64,000 bases of DNA from an uncultured Oscillospiraceae bacterium (GCA_964535405.1 CAZHUG010000004.1:7392-71391), one strand, 5' to 3'. Shown: positions 1-9,811, counted from the first letter of the stretch. Numbers and translations: made by a program. Notes: a model not told the origin generated them from the sequence alone.

Positions 1-2310
1 TCTGGTTGTGCTGTTGATAAGCTCCATCAGCTCGTCACACTCTTCCTGAGTCATTGCATAAAATTCAACATTTTCACCGCCGCCGAAACCCCAGGTCGCC
101 TTTGGCCGTTCAACCTGCTTGCCTGTCGAGTCGGTGACGTACTCCGGCGTCATGGCCTCCTTGAACATATTGTCAAACGCCTTTTGGTTGCTCGGAAGCC
201 CGCTGTATGAGTAATTTTCCTGCTGATACTTCTCGTCAAGCAGCATTCTCATGAACTCCCAGGCCCCGTCCTTGTTCTTGCAGCTTGAGGACATTGCAAG
301 GCCGTTTTCAAGGCTGAACGCCGAGGCACTGCTCGAGCCGGGGAAGCCAACTGCTGTCATATTTCCGTTGAAGGCCTGTTTGTACAGCTGATAATAATCC
401 AGGCTATACAATTGTCCTGACGCCAGCATCTGCTTGCCTTCCTTTATGCGGGTAAAATCATCATTGTATATAATAGCTCCTTCGCCCGCATAATAGCTAT
501 CCCAATCAAAGGATTCAGGGAAAATCTTCGCGAACTCGAGAAGCTGGATAAACTCATCGCTGTCGAAACCGCAGGCGCCGGTTTCCCAATCCACAAAGCT
601 GTCAATGCCCATATTGCATATCTGCGCCAGAATGTCAGTTTGGGTGATGCCAAGATCGAACATTTCGCAGCCCTCAGGCATTGTAGCAAGCGCCGCTATA
701 GCATCCTCTACTGTCCAGCCGGGCTTGTCGCCCACGACTGAGCTGGAGCCGAAAACCGTCCAGAGTGACGCAGACGGAACTATCTGATAGAGCTTGCCTT
801 CCTCGGTGGTAAGCGCATCGAAGATGGGCCCCACAAGCGCGTCACGGCCGCCGAGCTCTGTATCGCCCTCTATAAACGGCCAAAGATCCTCCAAAAGCTC
901 CTTCGCGCCATAGCGGTTAATCGGCAGTCCGTTTGTCGAGAAGATATCGGGAACCTTGCCCGAAAGAATCTCGGCCGTCAGCTTGGTCTGGCCCGCTGAA
1001 TAGTCTTCCTCGGTATTGTACTCAGAATAGTCTTGAACCTCAATTCTGTAATTGGCATTAGTGCGGTTAAACTTGATTATCGCAGAACGCAGGTTATAGT
1101 CCAGCCACATACAGGCATATGTAATGGTTTCCTTATGTGCAACCTCGCTGGTGGGGGTCAGATTCATGGTGATTAGCTCAGCCACAGACTCCCCGGACGA
1201 ATAGTTCTGTGACAGAGCCACAATGCGTCCATCCTCCAGAGGGATAACAGAGCTAATATTGCTGCCGTCTACATCGCTGTTTATCCATGTGATGATCTTT
1301 TCGGCTTCCCCTGTTTCAAGATCACAGCCGAAAAGGCTCGTACCGTTGTCGTGATAATAGTCATATTCTCCGCCACCGGGGATGAAGTTATATGCCCCGT
1401 AAGGCACCGGATATGACTCCGTGCCGAAGCCCTTGCTTGCAAGATCTATAGTCTTGAGCTCCTGCTTTCCGGATGCCTGACCATACATGCACGCAAAAAC
1501 CTTGTCGCCCAGCGTGAACAGGCTATCCACCCAGCCGTCTTCCATACCATTTTCGAACAGCATCTGTCCTTCGCTGTCCATGGCGTAGAGCTTGCTGTTG
1601 GCGATCATATAGAAGTTGCCGTCCTTATCAATTGTCATGCTGTTTACATAGAAATAATCCTCAGCTCCGGCAACAGAGGCCAGATCGATGCGGCTGAGCT
1701 CCACGCCCTTGCCGTCGAGCTCGACAAGGCAATACTCCTCGCTCTGCTCCGCATAATCCCAGGCACTTGAAGTCTCCGAGGACACAAAATCCTCAGGCAG
1801 ATTATAGGTCACGCCATAGACATTCTCAAGTATCCAAATATTTCCGTCTGTGCCCACCGCGAGCTGATTAACATTAGTGTATAAGGAGTCGGCGTAAGAT
1901 CCGGTGCCGACAATATTTTCCGGCTTATACTCGTCTAACCCCTGAACGTCACTGCCGTCGAGCGCCATAGAGAAAATCCCTGTGCGAGTTTCATCATAGG
2001 AATACTCATCCATAATGGCTTTGCCGTCCGCGTCATAACCGCCGGTCTCATATGAATTGGTAATCGTCTCACCGGTCTTCACATCAGCCACAAAGTAAAT
2101 GCGGTCATTAAAATAGCAGCTCCGGCCAATATAACCGAAGTCTGCCGGCAAATCCTGAAACGCAGGAACGTAAGCATAGCCCTCTGCATCCGGCGTGGGG
2201 GTATTTTTCGAATTATTGGGGTTGCCCGGATCAGCACCGCAGGCAGAAAGTAGTCCCAGCGCCATCGTTAACACGAGTATCAGGCTCAGTCCCTTTTTAA
2301 TTTTCTTCAT
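1..2310 (-). CDS. Lipoprotein with 5' end present and 3' end cut by the window edge. The C-terminal half resembles an extracellular solute-binding protein
   Basis: Absent from the ORF track because no stop lies in the window. Reverse-strand ATG at 2308-2310 follows GGAGG. N-terminus MKKIKKGLSLILVLTMALGLLSACG has a lipobox. The frame stays open to position 1 (last codons LMELINSTTR). No competing long ORF on either strand. Confidence 0.75.
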   Translation of the reverse strand, partial: MKKIKKGLSLILVLTMALGLLSACGADPGNPNNSKNTPTPDAEGYAYVPAFQDLPADFGYIGRSCYFNDRIYFVADVKTGETITNSYETGGYDADGKAIMDEYSYDETRTGIFSMALDGSDVQGLDEYKPENIVGTGSYADSLYTNVNQLAVGTDGNIWILENVYGVTYNLPEDFVSSETSSAWDYAEQSEEYCLVELDGKGVELSRIDLASVAGAEDYFYVNSMTIDKDGNFYMIANSKLYAMDSEGQMLFENGMEDGWVDSLFTLGDKVFACMYGQASGKQELKTIDLASKGFGTESYPVPYGAYNFIPGGGEYDYYHDNGTSLFGCDLETGEAEKIITWINSDVDGSNISSVIPLEDGRIVALSQNYSSGESVAELITMNLTPTSEVAHKETITYACMWLDYNLRSAIIKFNRTNANYRIEVQDYSEYNTEEDYSAGQTKLTAEILSGKVPDIFSTNGLPINRYGAKELLEDLWPFIEGDTELGGRDALVGPIFDALTTEEGKLYQIVPSASLWTVFGSSSVVGDKPGWTVEDAIAALATMPEGCEMFDLGITQTDILAQICNMGIDSFVDWETGACGFDSDEFIQLLEFAKIFPESFDWDSYYAGEGAIIYNDDFTRIKEGKQMLASGQLYSLDYYQLYKQAFNGNMTAVGFPGSSSASAFSLENGLAMSSSCKNKDGAWEFMRMLLDEKYQQENYSYSGLPSNQKAFDNMFKEAMTPEYVTDSTGKQVERPKATWGFGGGENVEFYAMTQEECDELMELINSTTR

Positions 2311-2634
2311 TGATCATTGTCCTCCAAATGGATTGTCTGTATTAATATTAATAGTACAGACAGGATATCACCGGGCTACATGATTGTCAATGCCGTAGCA
2401 GAAACTTAATATTTGTATCCCGTTTGTTTTTTACGACGGCTGTCCGGGAATATTGTTCCACGCTAAAGAAGATGCTCCAGTTTTTTCTAAACTTTTTTGA
2501 CTAAAATATAACTAATTCAGCACACAAATGTGTAAAAGCGCCATTAATACGCGGAAAAAATTTTTTTGTAGGCGCTTTTCAGGTGCAATTATTTATGCTA
2601 TACTGGATAGTACTATGCGACGGGAGATTGTAAT

Positions 2635-2787
2635 ATGGAGATTTTTGTTAAACGCCCCGTGAAGATACAGACCAGAGCGGACGTCGAGAGGCGCTGCTAC
2701 GAACTTTTTCTGACTGAGCGTCAGTGGATTTTCCCTGCCACGGGGCGCGACTATGTGTTAGTCGGACAAGCCCAAAGCCGCCAGTGA
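2635..2787 (+). CDS. Possible 50-aa protein, no recognisable family
   Basis: ATG follows GGGAG. Peptide begins MEIFVKRPVKIQTRADVERRCYELFLTERQW. Stop lies 5 nt before the ATG of the next gene. Below the ORF-track size cutoff. Confidence 0.2.
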   Translation: MEIFVKRPVKIQTRADVERRCYELFLTERQWIFPATGRDYVLVGQAQSRQ

Positions 2788-2792
2788 GCATC

Positions 2793-3482
2793 ATGACCGC
2801 CCCCGGACTCTTTGGCGGCTATAAAAACATTGTCTTTCTGGGAGAGGCCGGCTCCGGTAAGACAGAGACCGCGGTTAATCTCGCAGTTTCAATGGCAGAC
2901 CGCAGCGATAAGCCCGTCTGCTTTTTTGACATGGATCAGACAAAGCCGCTTTTCCGCGCACGAGACTGCGTCCAAAGGCTTAAAACTGCGGGTGTACAGC
3001 TGCGTTTTCAGGAACAGTTCATGGATGCACCCACCGTTGTCCCCGGTGTGATCGAGGCTCTGCTCGACCCCGACATGCGCGTCTTGATGGATGTCGGCGG
3101 CGGTGCGCACGGCTCTCACATGATCGGTCAGTTCTCCCACATACTTAACAGGCCGGATTCGCTGGTAATATACCTTATAAACCCTTTCCGCGCCTGGTCG
3201 AACACGGCTGAAAATATCTCCGTCACCATGTCAAGGGTGACCGGTGCCGCTCGCCTGCGCAAAATAAAGCTGGCTGCCAACCCAAACCTCGGCCCGGACA
3301 CCAGTCCGGACGATATACTTGAGGGCATGCGGCGCATACGTGCGCTTTTGCCGGATGAAGCAATTGAGTTTGTCTGCGTTTTGGAGCAGCATTGTTCCGC
3401 TGTCTCCCAGGCGGTACCCGAGCCTCTGCTCCCGATAAGGCTCGGCACTCTTCCGGAGTGGTTGGCGGGTCCGGGGAGATGA
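2793..3482 (+). CDS. P-loop NTPase (MinD/ParA/CooC-like ATP-binding protein)
   Basis: Walker A GEAGSGKTE sits near the N-terminus. Start moved from the track's GTG 2724 to ATG 2793 (MTAPGLFGGYKNIVFLGEAGSGKT). Confidence 0.55.
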   Translation: MTAPGLFGGYKNIVFLGEAGSGKTETAVNLAVSMADRSDKPVCFFDMDQTKPLFRARDCVQRLKTAGVQLRFQEQFMDAPTVVPGVIEALLDPDMRVLMDVGGGAHGSHMIGQFSHILNRPDSLVIYLINPFRAWSNTAENISVTMSRVTGAARLRKIKLAANPNLGPDTSPDDILEGMRRIRALLPDEAIEFVCVLEQHCSAVSQAVPEPLLPIRLGTLPEWLAGPGR

Positions 3483-3525
3483 AATGACCTGTATTGTACA
3501 TTATATATAAGAGGAGTGCTTAAAA

Positions 3526-3744
3526 ATGGCCAAAGGCAAAGTCGAAATCTACACCGAAGCCTGCAAAAGCTGTCTGTTCTGTGTCAACGTTTGCCCAAAA
3601 AAGGTTTTGGGAACCACCAACGCCGTGAACTCGAAGGGCTACCAGTTCGCGGTGCCTGTCAACGCTGATGACTGCATTGGCTGCGCCATGTGCGCTAATA
3701 TCTGCCCTGATGGTGCTATATCTGTGTATAAGGAGGTGGGCTGA
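3526..3744 (+). CDS. 2-oxoacid:ferredoxin oxidoreductase delta subunit (2x[4Fe-4S] ferredoxin)
   Basis: Two CxxCxxCxxxCP motifs (CKSCLFCVNVCP, CIGCAMCANICP). Directly precedes the alpha, beta and gamma subunit genes. Confidence 0.85.
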   Translation: MAKGKVEIYTEACKSCLFCVNVCPKKVLGTTNAVNSKGYQFAVPVNADDCIGCAMCANICPDGAISVYKEVG

Positions 3745-4833
3745 GTGTCTGAGAAAGTTTTCATGAAGGGCTGCGAAGCCGTGGCTGAGGCCGCGATACG
3801 CGCCGGCTGCCGGTTTTTCGCCGGCTATCCTATCACACCGCAAAACGACGTGCCTGAGTATTTTTCCCGGCGTATGCCGCAGGTTGACGGCGTGTTTCTC
3901 CAGGGCGAGAGCGAAGTTGCCTCCGCCAACATGGCCTACGGTGCCGCTTCCGCCGGTGTGCGGAGCATGACCTCGTCCTCCAGCTGCGGAATCTCACTCA
4001 AGAGCGAGTCCATATCCTGGATGGCAGGCGCGCGCCTGCCCGTTGTTATCGCAAACTTCCAGCGCGGCGGCCCGGGAATCGGAACAATCCAGCCTGCCCA
4101 GCAGGACTATCTGCAGGCAACAAAGGCCTCCGGCAACGGCGGCTTTAAGATGCTCGTTCTCTCTCCCGCCACCATTCAGGAGGCTGTGGACATGACCTGC
4201 GAGGCCTTCGAGCTGGCTGACAAGTACCGCAATCCCGTCATACTCCTGCTTGACGGTTTCACCGGCACAATGATGGAGCCGGTTGAACTGCCCGAGGCCA
4301 AGACTGATGAGGAAATTGCCGCCATCCGCGCCTCAAAGGACTGGGCCGCGGTCGGCAAAAAGGGTTCTCCCGAACAGCACAAGGTCATGTGCGGCCCCGG
4401 ACTTGATGCCCGCGTAAGTCAGGAGGCCATGAACAAGCGCGACAGCCAGATGTACGACGGCTGGGAGAAGACCGAAACAGATTACGAAGCCTACATGGTC
4501 GAAGATGCCGAGCTTATCATCACTGCCTACGGTATCTCCGGACGCATCTCCGAGTCTGCAGTCAGAATTCTCCGCAATGAGGGCATAAAGGCCGGACTCA
4601 TTCGTCCCAGACGCGTGTATCCTTTCCCGGCCGAGGCCTACAATAACCTGAATTTCTCGCAGCTTCGCGGCATCGTCTGCGCCGAGATGGCGATTCCCGC
4701 ACAGTTTGCTGTTGACGTGGACAACGTCGTGCGCGACAGAGCCAAAATTGTCACAGCGCTATCTTCCGGCGGAGACATCCTTGACCGGAGTGTCATACTT
4801 GACGCCGCAAGAAGCCTGATGAACGCCGATTAA
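3745..4833 (+). CDS. 2-oxoacid:ferredoxin oxidoreductase alpha subunit (kor/vor type; substrate not determinable)
   Basis: GTG start immediately after the delta stop, with AAGGAGG upstream. N-terminus FMKGCEAVAEAAIRAGCRFFAGYPITPQ is typical of the family. Confidence 0.85.
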   Translation: MSEKVFMKGCEAVAEAAIRAGCRFFAGYPITPQNDVPEYFSRRMPQVDGVFLQGESEVASANMAYGAASAGVRSMTSSSSCGISLKSESISWMAGARLPVVIANFQRGGPGIGTIQPAQQDYLQATKASGNGGFKMLVLSPATIQEAVDMTCEAFELADKYRNPVILLLDGFTGTMMEPVELPEAKTDEEIAAIRASKDWAAVGKKGSPEQHKVMCGPGLDARVSQEAMNKRDSQMYDGWEKTETDYEAYMVEDAELIITAYGISGRISESAVRILRNEGIKAGLIRPRRVYPFPAEAYNNLNFSQLRGIVCAEMAIPAQFAVDVDNVVRDRAKIVTALSSGGDILDRSVILDAARSLMNAD

Positions 4834-4847
4834 GGGAGGGAAAAGAT

Positions 4848-5588
4848 ATGATGGAAAAAATTTATTCACGCCCCTCCGGCCTTTTTGACGGAGCGGTTTC
4901 CGGCTTCTGCCCGGGATGCATGCACTCCACAATCTGCAAAATAGTCTGCGAAGCGCTCGATGAGCTCGGCATGACCGACAACACCTGCTATATTCAGGGT
5001 GTCGGCTGCTGCGGACTGGCTGTTACTTACCTGGATATGGACACTATCTCGTCCCCCCACGGCAGAGCCTGCGCAGTTGCCAGCGCATTCAAGCGCTGCA
5101 GCCCGGATACACTCACCTTCACCTATCAGGGCGACGGTGACCTCGCCGCAATCGGCCTTGCCGAGACCATGTCCGCCGCAAACCGCGGCGAGAACTTCAC
5201 TGTAATTTTCGTCAACAACGGCATATACGGAATGACAGGCGGTCAGCTTGCCCCCACCACGCTGGTCGGCGCAAAGACCACAACCTCGCCCTACGGCCGC
5301 AAAAAAGACGAGCACGGCGCGCCCTTGCACATGTGCGAAATTCTTGACCAGCTTGAGGCGCCGGCATATATAGCCCGCGTCACCTGCACGGACGTGCCGA
5401 ACGTCAAGAAAGCCAGAGCCGCCGTTAAGAAGGCATTCGAGTATCAGATCGCCGGCAAAGGCTTCTCCTTTGTCGAGATCGTCTCAAACTGTTCCACAAA
5501 CTGGGGCATGTCCCCGGGTGAGTCTCTCGACCATGTTAAAAATGTTGTCTTGAAGGAATTCCCTCTTGGGGAGTTCCGGGCGAAGTAA
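4848..5588 (+). CDS. 2-oxoacid:ferredoxin oxidoreductase beta subunit (TPP-binding)
   Basis: TPP motif region GDGDLAAIG...NNGIYGMTGGQ, and CPGC near the N-terminus. Confidence 0.85.
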   Translation: MMEKIYSRPSGLFDGAVSGFCPGCMHSTICKIVCEALDELGMTDNTCYIQGVGCCGLAVTYLDMDTISSPHGRACAVASAFKRCSPDTLTFTYQGDGDLAAIGLAETMSAANRGENFTVIFVNNGIYGMTGGQLAPTTLVGAKTTTSPYGRKKDEHGAPLHMCEILDQLEAPAYIARVTCTDVPNVKKARAAVKKAFEYQIAGKGFSFVEIVSNCSTNWGMSPGESLDHVKNVVLKEFPLGEFRAK

Positions 5589-5600
5589 GGGGGGACATAA

Positions 5601-6149
5601 ATGGAAAAATCTGTAATTGTCGCCGGATTCGGCGGGCAGGGCGTCATGGTAATCGGACAGCTTCTGGCTTACACTGCCTGTGAGACTACCGATAAGTATG
5701 TCACCTATTTCCCATCCTACGGCGCTGAGATGCGCGGCGGCACAGCCAACTGCTATGTCGTCATCTCCGACGAGCCTGTCGGTGCGCCCAAGGTTGCTCA
5801 GGCCGACTATGTGATCGTGCTAAACGATCCGTCTATGGCAAGATTCAAGGATGCAGTTGCACCCAACGGTGTAATGTTCGTCAACAGCTCCGTTGTCACC
5901 ACGAAGCCTGATCGCGAGGACATCAAGGTCGTCGAGGTTGATGCAGGCACGATCGCCTATGAACTCGGCTCTCCCAAGGTGCTCAACCTTGTCATGACCG
6001 GCGCCGCCATCGGCTACAGCGATCTGCTCCCGGCTGAGAACGTGTTGCAGACAGCGTTTAATAAGCTGGGCGCAAAGCGGCCCGAGCTAAACCCGATTAA
6101 CGAGGCAGCCTTCCGTCGCGGAATGGAAATCGGCCGCGCAGCAAGATAG
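5601..6149 (+). CDS. 2-oxoacid:ferredoxin oxidoreductase gamma subunit
   Basis: Begins VIVAGFGGQGVMVIGQLLA and is the fourth gene of the operon. Confidence 0.85.
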   Translation: MEKSVIVAGFGGQGVMVIGQLLAYTACETTDKYVTYFPSYGAEMRGGTANCYVVISDEPVGAPKVAQADYVIVLNDPSMARFKDAVAPNGVMFVNSSVVTTKPDREDIKVVEVDAGTIAYELGSPKVLNLVMTGAAIGYSDLLPAENVLQTAFNKLGAKRPELNPINEAAFRRGMEIGRAAR

Positions 6150-6161
6150 TTTTATCCCGAA

Positions 6162-6204
6162 AGCAGCCCCCCACAAACCAGTTGTGGGGGGCTGCTCTAT
6201 TTTG
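6162..6204. terminator. Bidirectional intrinsic terminator between convergent genes
   Basis: GC-rich hairpin AGCAGCCCCCCA / TGGGGGGCTGCT followed by a T-run. Confidence 0.6.
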
Positions 6205-6207
6205 CAT

Positions 6208-6819
6208 CTACAGTCGCTCAATCTCCGTCACAGATACCTCAAAGGCAGTCTTTTCAACGGTCACGCCATCTATGAGCTTTATGTACTGCCGGCTCTGCAC
6301 CCGCCCGACGATCGCAATTGTGTCGCCAACCGACCACATACCCGCCTGTCTTGCACGCAGGCCCCAGCATATGCAGGGCAGGTAGTCCGAGCGTCCGTAA
6401 CGGCGGTTTACCGCCAGCATCAGATCGCAGATGTCGCGCCCCATCGGGGTTGTGCGCAGATTTGGCGGCTTGCAGAGCGCGCCCTTGAGCTCAACGCAGT
6501 TTAAGTCGTCCTCGTCACAGAAGTAAATTTCGCGCGCAAATACTGTTATGACAAGCTTTGAGCCCTCGCTCCGCTTATTATTAAACGAGCGCAGCTCCCC
6601 CGTAACGCGCAGCTGCGAAAACGCCTCAGGGGACGCGGAAGTCAGCAGCGATTCACGCGCCACCACGTTTATTACATCCGACGCGCCGGATAGTCTGCGC
6701 GTCTCCAGTGGAAAGGTGAAGAACCGCTCGCCGCGGCTCAAATGCGAAAATACCGGCGCGCCGCTAAGCACGCCTATCAGTTCTACATTGTTTCTGGTTT
6801 TAGCTTCGTCCATGCTCAT
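6208..6819 (-). CDS. SSB-family (OB-fold) single-stranded DNA-binding-like protein, paralog of the canonical ssb
   Basis: Start moved to ATG 6819, with GGAGG immediately upstream. The longer track ORF would run into the deoC promoter and start region. Sequence NVELIGVLSGAPVFSH...ICWGLRARQAGMWSVGDTIAIVGRVQSRQY is OB-fold SSB-like. Confidence 0.5.
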   Translation of the reverse strand: MSMDEAKTRNNVELIGVLSGAPVFSHLSRGERFFTFPLETRRLSGASDVINVVARESLLTSASPEAFSQLRVTGELRSFNNKRSEGSKLVITVFAREIYFCDEDDLNCVELKGALCKPPNLRTTPMGRDICDLMLAVNRRYGRSDYLPCICWGLRARQAGMWSVGDTIAIVGRVQSRQYIKLIDGVTVEKTAFEVSVTEIERL

Positions 6820-6957
6820 GCCTCCGTATCGTTGGATGCGGCCCGTCCTCAGACGGGTCATAACAGCATATTCATGGATGCGCTTGTATATTCTAAAGCC
6901 TTGCAGTATAATAGATGTGCTATAAACTCTACACAAAAATTTAAAGGAGCTTTTACT

Positions 6958-7629
6958 ATGGAGCTTTCCGAGATTCTCGCACGCTGTGACCATACTCTTC
7001 TTCGAGTAGATGTCTCGGCTGACGAAATAAGAACCCTATGCGACCAGGCAATCAAATATAACTGCGCCTCGGTCTGCATCCCGCCCTGCCACGTCGCCGG
7101 TGCCAAGCGCTATGTCGGCGACAAGCTGTGCATCTGCACCGTCATCGGCTTCCCCAACGGATACATGACCAGCGCCGCGAAAGCGTTTGAGACTGAAAAC
7201 GCAGTCAAAAACGGTGCTGACGAGATTGACATGGTGGTTAATCTCTCCATGGTCAAGGACGCCTGCTGGAGCGAGGTTGCGGAGGATATTGCCACCGTTC
7301 GCCGGGCATGTGAGGGCAAGATACTCAAGGTCATTATCGAGTGCTGCCTGCTTACGGACGGGGAAAAGCGCGAGCTTTGCCGCATAGTCTCCGAGTCCGG
7401 CGCAGACTTCATCAAAACCAGCACCGGCTTTTCCACCGGCGGCGCAACCCGCGCGGATGTGGAGCTGCTGCGCGCAAACTGCGACGCGGGGGTTAAGGTC
7501 AAGGCCGCAGGCGGCATCAAGACTCTTCAGGACGCCGAGGACTTCATTGAGCTTGGCGCCGACCGTCTGGGCACCAGCCGGGTTGTTAAGCTCGCAATGG
7601 AGATTGATGACGACACGGAGAGCTACTGA
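6958..7629 (+). CDS. deoC: Deoxyribose-phosphate aldolase
   Basis: Start at ATG 6958 after AAAGGAG. Motifs CDHTLL, VCIPP, VIGFPNG, ADFIKTSTGF (Schiff-base Lys region). Confidence 0.9.
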   Translation: MELSEILARCDHTLLRVDVSADEIRTLCDQAIKYNCASVCIPPCHVAGAKRYVGDKLCICTVIGFPNGYMTSAAKAFETENAVKNGADEIDMVVNLSMVKDACWSEVAEDIATVRRACEGKILKVIIECCLLTDGEKRELCRIVSESGADFIKTSTGFSTGGATRADVELLRANCDAGVKVKAAGGIKTLQDAEDFIELGADRLGTSRVVKLAMEIDDDTESY

Positions 7630-7976
7630 TGAAGCGGAACAGACGCCGCGCCACATACCGCCCGGGCAAAACCAGCGGTGTCATGAGCCTTGCAACGGGC
7701 GGGATCTTTGTGTTGATCGGAATATTTGTGGTAATTCCGACCTTCGGTGCTTTCGGTATATTATGGACTTTGTTCGCCTTAGCCATAGCAGGCTTTGGAG
7801 GGTATCAAGCTTTCGGCAAAAACTACTACGGCCCGGAAATATACATCGAGGACGAAGATATCCCCGGTCAGAGCGTGGAGGCGCGACTTGAAGGGCTACG
7901 CAGCCTTTACGACAAGGGCCTCATCACGCAGGAAGAGCACGACGAAAAACGTGAGCAGATTCTCCGCGAGCTGTAA
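7629..7976 (+). CDS. Membrane protein with C-terminal SHOCT domain
   Basis: Two TM helices, then LRSLYDKGLITQEEHDEKREQIL. Confidence 0.65.
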   Translation: MKRNRRRATYRPGKTSGVMSLATGGIFVLIGIFVVIPTFGAFGILWTLFALAIAGFGGYQAFGKNYYGPEIYIEDEDIPGQSVEARLEGLRSLYDKGLITQEEHDEKREQILREL

Positions 7977-7977
7977 G

Positions 7978-8358
7978 CTAGCGGAAAATCGCCCGTTTTG
8001 CTCCCCTGCAAATTGCGATAGCAGGGACTGAGAGCACAAGCCAGATAAGGCAATAGGGCAGGCAGATTTGTCCGCAGAGGTTGCCGGGAACGGAGGAGTA
8101 ATCCCAGACTCCCCAGCCGAGATGGACATTCACAACCGCACCGATCACAAACTCAACCGTCGTGATGATCGAGGCGGATGCTACGCACATCTGCCAACGC
8201 CGCCAGCGTGTCCGCGTTGAGATGAGATGCATGAGAGAAAAGCAAATGCCGCCGGCCAGCAGCATTGTCCAGTGGGTGCGGCCGCGCCAGAGCAGCTCTA
8301 TCGCGCCATAAGCCAGTGAACCGGTGAAAAAAGCGGATATTAGTTCAATTGCAAGCAT
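7978..8358 (-). CDS. Small polytopic membrane protein (putative ABC-transporter type IV / CmpB-like family)
   Basis: Start moved to ATG 8358, with AAGGAG upstream. Four predicted TM helices; YGAIELLWRGRTHWTM. Confidence 0.5.
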   Translation of the reverse strand: MLAIELISAFFTGSLAYGAIELLWRGRTHWTMLLAGGICFSLMHLISTRTRWRRWQMCVASASIITTVEFVIGAVVNVHLGWGVWDYSSVPGNLCGQICLPYCLIWLVLSVPAIAICRGAKRAIFR

Positions 8359-8428
8359 TTTAATCACTCCTTCTGGGTATTTTCCCCATCGCGAGCCGAA
8401 AAATGCATTAAACATCAAGAAAAAGGCC

Positions 8429-8457
8429 TTGACAGGCAGTTTAACTGCTGATATACT
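8429..8457 (+). promoter_or_regulatory. SigA-type promoter of the infC-rpmI-rplT operon
   Basis: TTGACA (8429-8434), 17-nt spacer, TATACT (8452-8457). Confidence 0.6.
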
Positions 8458-8627
8458 GAATAGGTTAAAAATGAAGCAGAATGGTTATCCGCCGTCCTCA
8501 CCTTACCGCTTTAAGTGTGTCGGGTTAATATCAAGATCATGGTCCCATTTCGGGAGTATTGTTTTTGCGCGCGGATGCCTATCGGTATCCGCGCTTTTTG
8601 TGCGGATAAGCTGTCACAATACGGGAG
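8458..8627 (+). promoter_or_regulatory. Structured leader with an internal intrinsic terminator (candidate L20-type ribosomal-protein leader/attenuator)
   Basis: About 170-nt 5' UTR. Hairpin GCGCGGAT (8569-8576) / ATCCGCGC (8587-8594) followed by TTTTT lies upstream of the infC start. The position matches the Firmicutes L20 leader. Confidence 0.45.
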
Positions 8628-8633
8628 GTGTTT

Positions 8634-9215
8634 TTGATAGCAGTCACAGAGTACCAGATTAATGAGGAAATACGCGACAGAGAGGTGCGCCTCATAGGAG
8701 CAGACGGTGAGCAGCTGGGCATTATGTCCTCTATCGCCGCCATGAATATAGCTGCCGAAAAGGATTTTGACCTCGTCAAGATCGCGCCGGGCTCAAATCC
8801 CCCAGTCTGCAAGATCATGGACTACGGGAAGTATCGCTTCGAACAGTCCAAACGGGAAAAGGAAGCTCGAAAAAACCAGCATATCGTTGAGGTAAAGGAA
8901 ATTCGCATGTCGCCCAGCATTGGCGATAACGATTTTTTGACCAAGCTTCGAAATGGTCAGAAGTTCCTGAACGAAGGCGACAGGCTGAAGGTTACTGTGC
9001 GCTTCCGCGGACGCGAGATGGCTCACACGAACATCGGTGAGCAGCTCCTGCGTGACTTCGCGGAAAAGTGCTCTGAGATAGCAAATCTCGACAGGCAGCC
9101 CAAGCTTGAGGGACGTCACATGTCTGTCTTCCTGTCACCCAAGCCTCAGACCGCGGCCAAAAAGCCCGCCAAGTCTAAGGACGATATCCCCGATCAAGCA
9201 AGCGAACAAGAGTAA
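8634..9215 (+). CDS. infC: Translation initiation factor IF-3
   Basis: [24 protein letters not shown] and a C-terminal basic tail. No in-frame ATG near the SD GGAGG (8624-8628). Start is TTG 8634 or ATA 8637. Confidence 0.9.
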   Translation: MIAVTEYQINEEIRDREVRLIGADGEQLGIMSSIAAMNIAAEKDFDLVKIAPGSNPPVCKIMDYGKYRFEQSKREKEARKNQHIVEVKEIRMSPSIGDNDFLTKLRNGQKFLNEGDRLKVTVRFRGREMAHTNIGEQLLRDFAEKCSEIANLDRQPKLEGRHMSVFLSPKPQTAAKKPAKSKDDIPDQASEQE

Positions 9216-9244
9216 GCACACCATGGAAGGAGATATACAAAGTC

Positions 9245-9442
9245 ATGCCGAAACTCAAGACACATAGTGGCGCGAAAAAGAGATTTTCTCTCACCAAGTC
9301 CGGCAAGGTGAAGCGCGCACGCGCATACAAGAGCCACATTTTAACCAAGAAAAGTACAAAGCGCAAGAGAGGCCTCCGCCAGGGAACCTACGCGGACGTC
9401 AGCAACGAGACCGCAGTCAAGCGCATGATCCCGTATAAATAA
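9245..9442 (+). CDS. rpmI: 50S ribosomal protein L35
   Basis: [14 protein letters not shown]... Confidence 0.95.
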   Translation: MPKLKTHSGAKKRFSLTKSGKVKRARAYKSHILTKKSTKRKRGLRQGTYADVSNETAVKRMIPYK

Positions 9443-9457
9443 GGAGGACGCAGCAAA

Positions 9458-9811
9458 ATGGCCAGAGTTAAAGGCGCAATTATGACGCGCAAAAGAAGAA
9501 ATAAGATGCTGGGCCTCGCAAAGGGCTATTGGGGCAACAAGTCTCGCAGCTTCAAAATGGCGAAGCAGCAGGTAATGAAGTCCGGTCGCTACTCGTATGT
9601 CAGCCGCAAGCAGAAGAAGAGAGATTTCCGTAAGCTTTGGATCACCCGCATCAACGCAGGCTGCAAGGCAAACGGTATGAACTACTCCACCTTCATGCAC
9701 GGACTTAGGCTCGCCAACATTGATATGAACCGTAAGATGCTCAGCGAGACTGCCATACACGATCCCGCTGCTTTCACCGCCCTGTGCGAGAAGGCTAAGG
9801 CATCTCTTTAA
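9458..9811 (+). CDS. rplT: 50S ribosomal protein L20
   Basis: [16 protein letters not shown]...[11 protein letters not shown]. Confidence 0.95.
   Translation: MARVKGAIMTRKRRNKMLGLAKGYWGNKSRSFKMAKQQVMKSGRYSYVSRKQKKRDFRKLWITRINAGCKANGMNYSTFMHGLRLANIDMNRKMLSETAIHDPAAFTALCEKAKASL

Noticed and set aside
6742-6957. Extended N-termini proposed by the ORF track for deoC (6742), the SSB-like gene (6993), rpsF (13009), the dehydratase (24736), the 5'-nucleotidase (34983) and NPP (39102)
   Set aside because: In each case an internal ATG with a canonical SD gives the family-typical N-terminus. The extensions overlap neighbouring genes or promoters.
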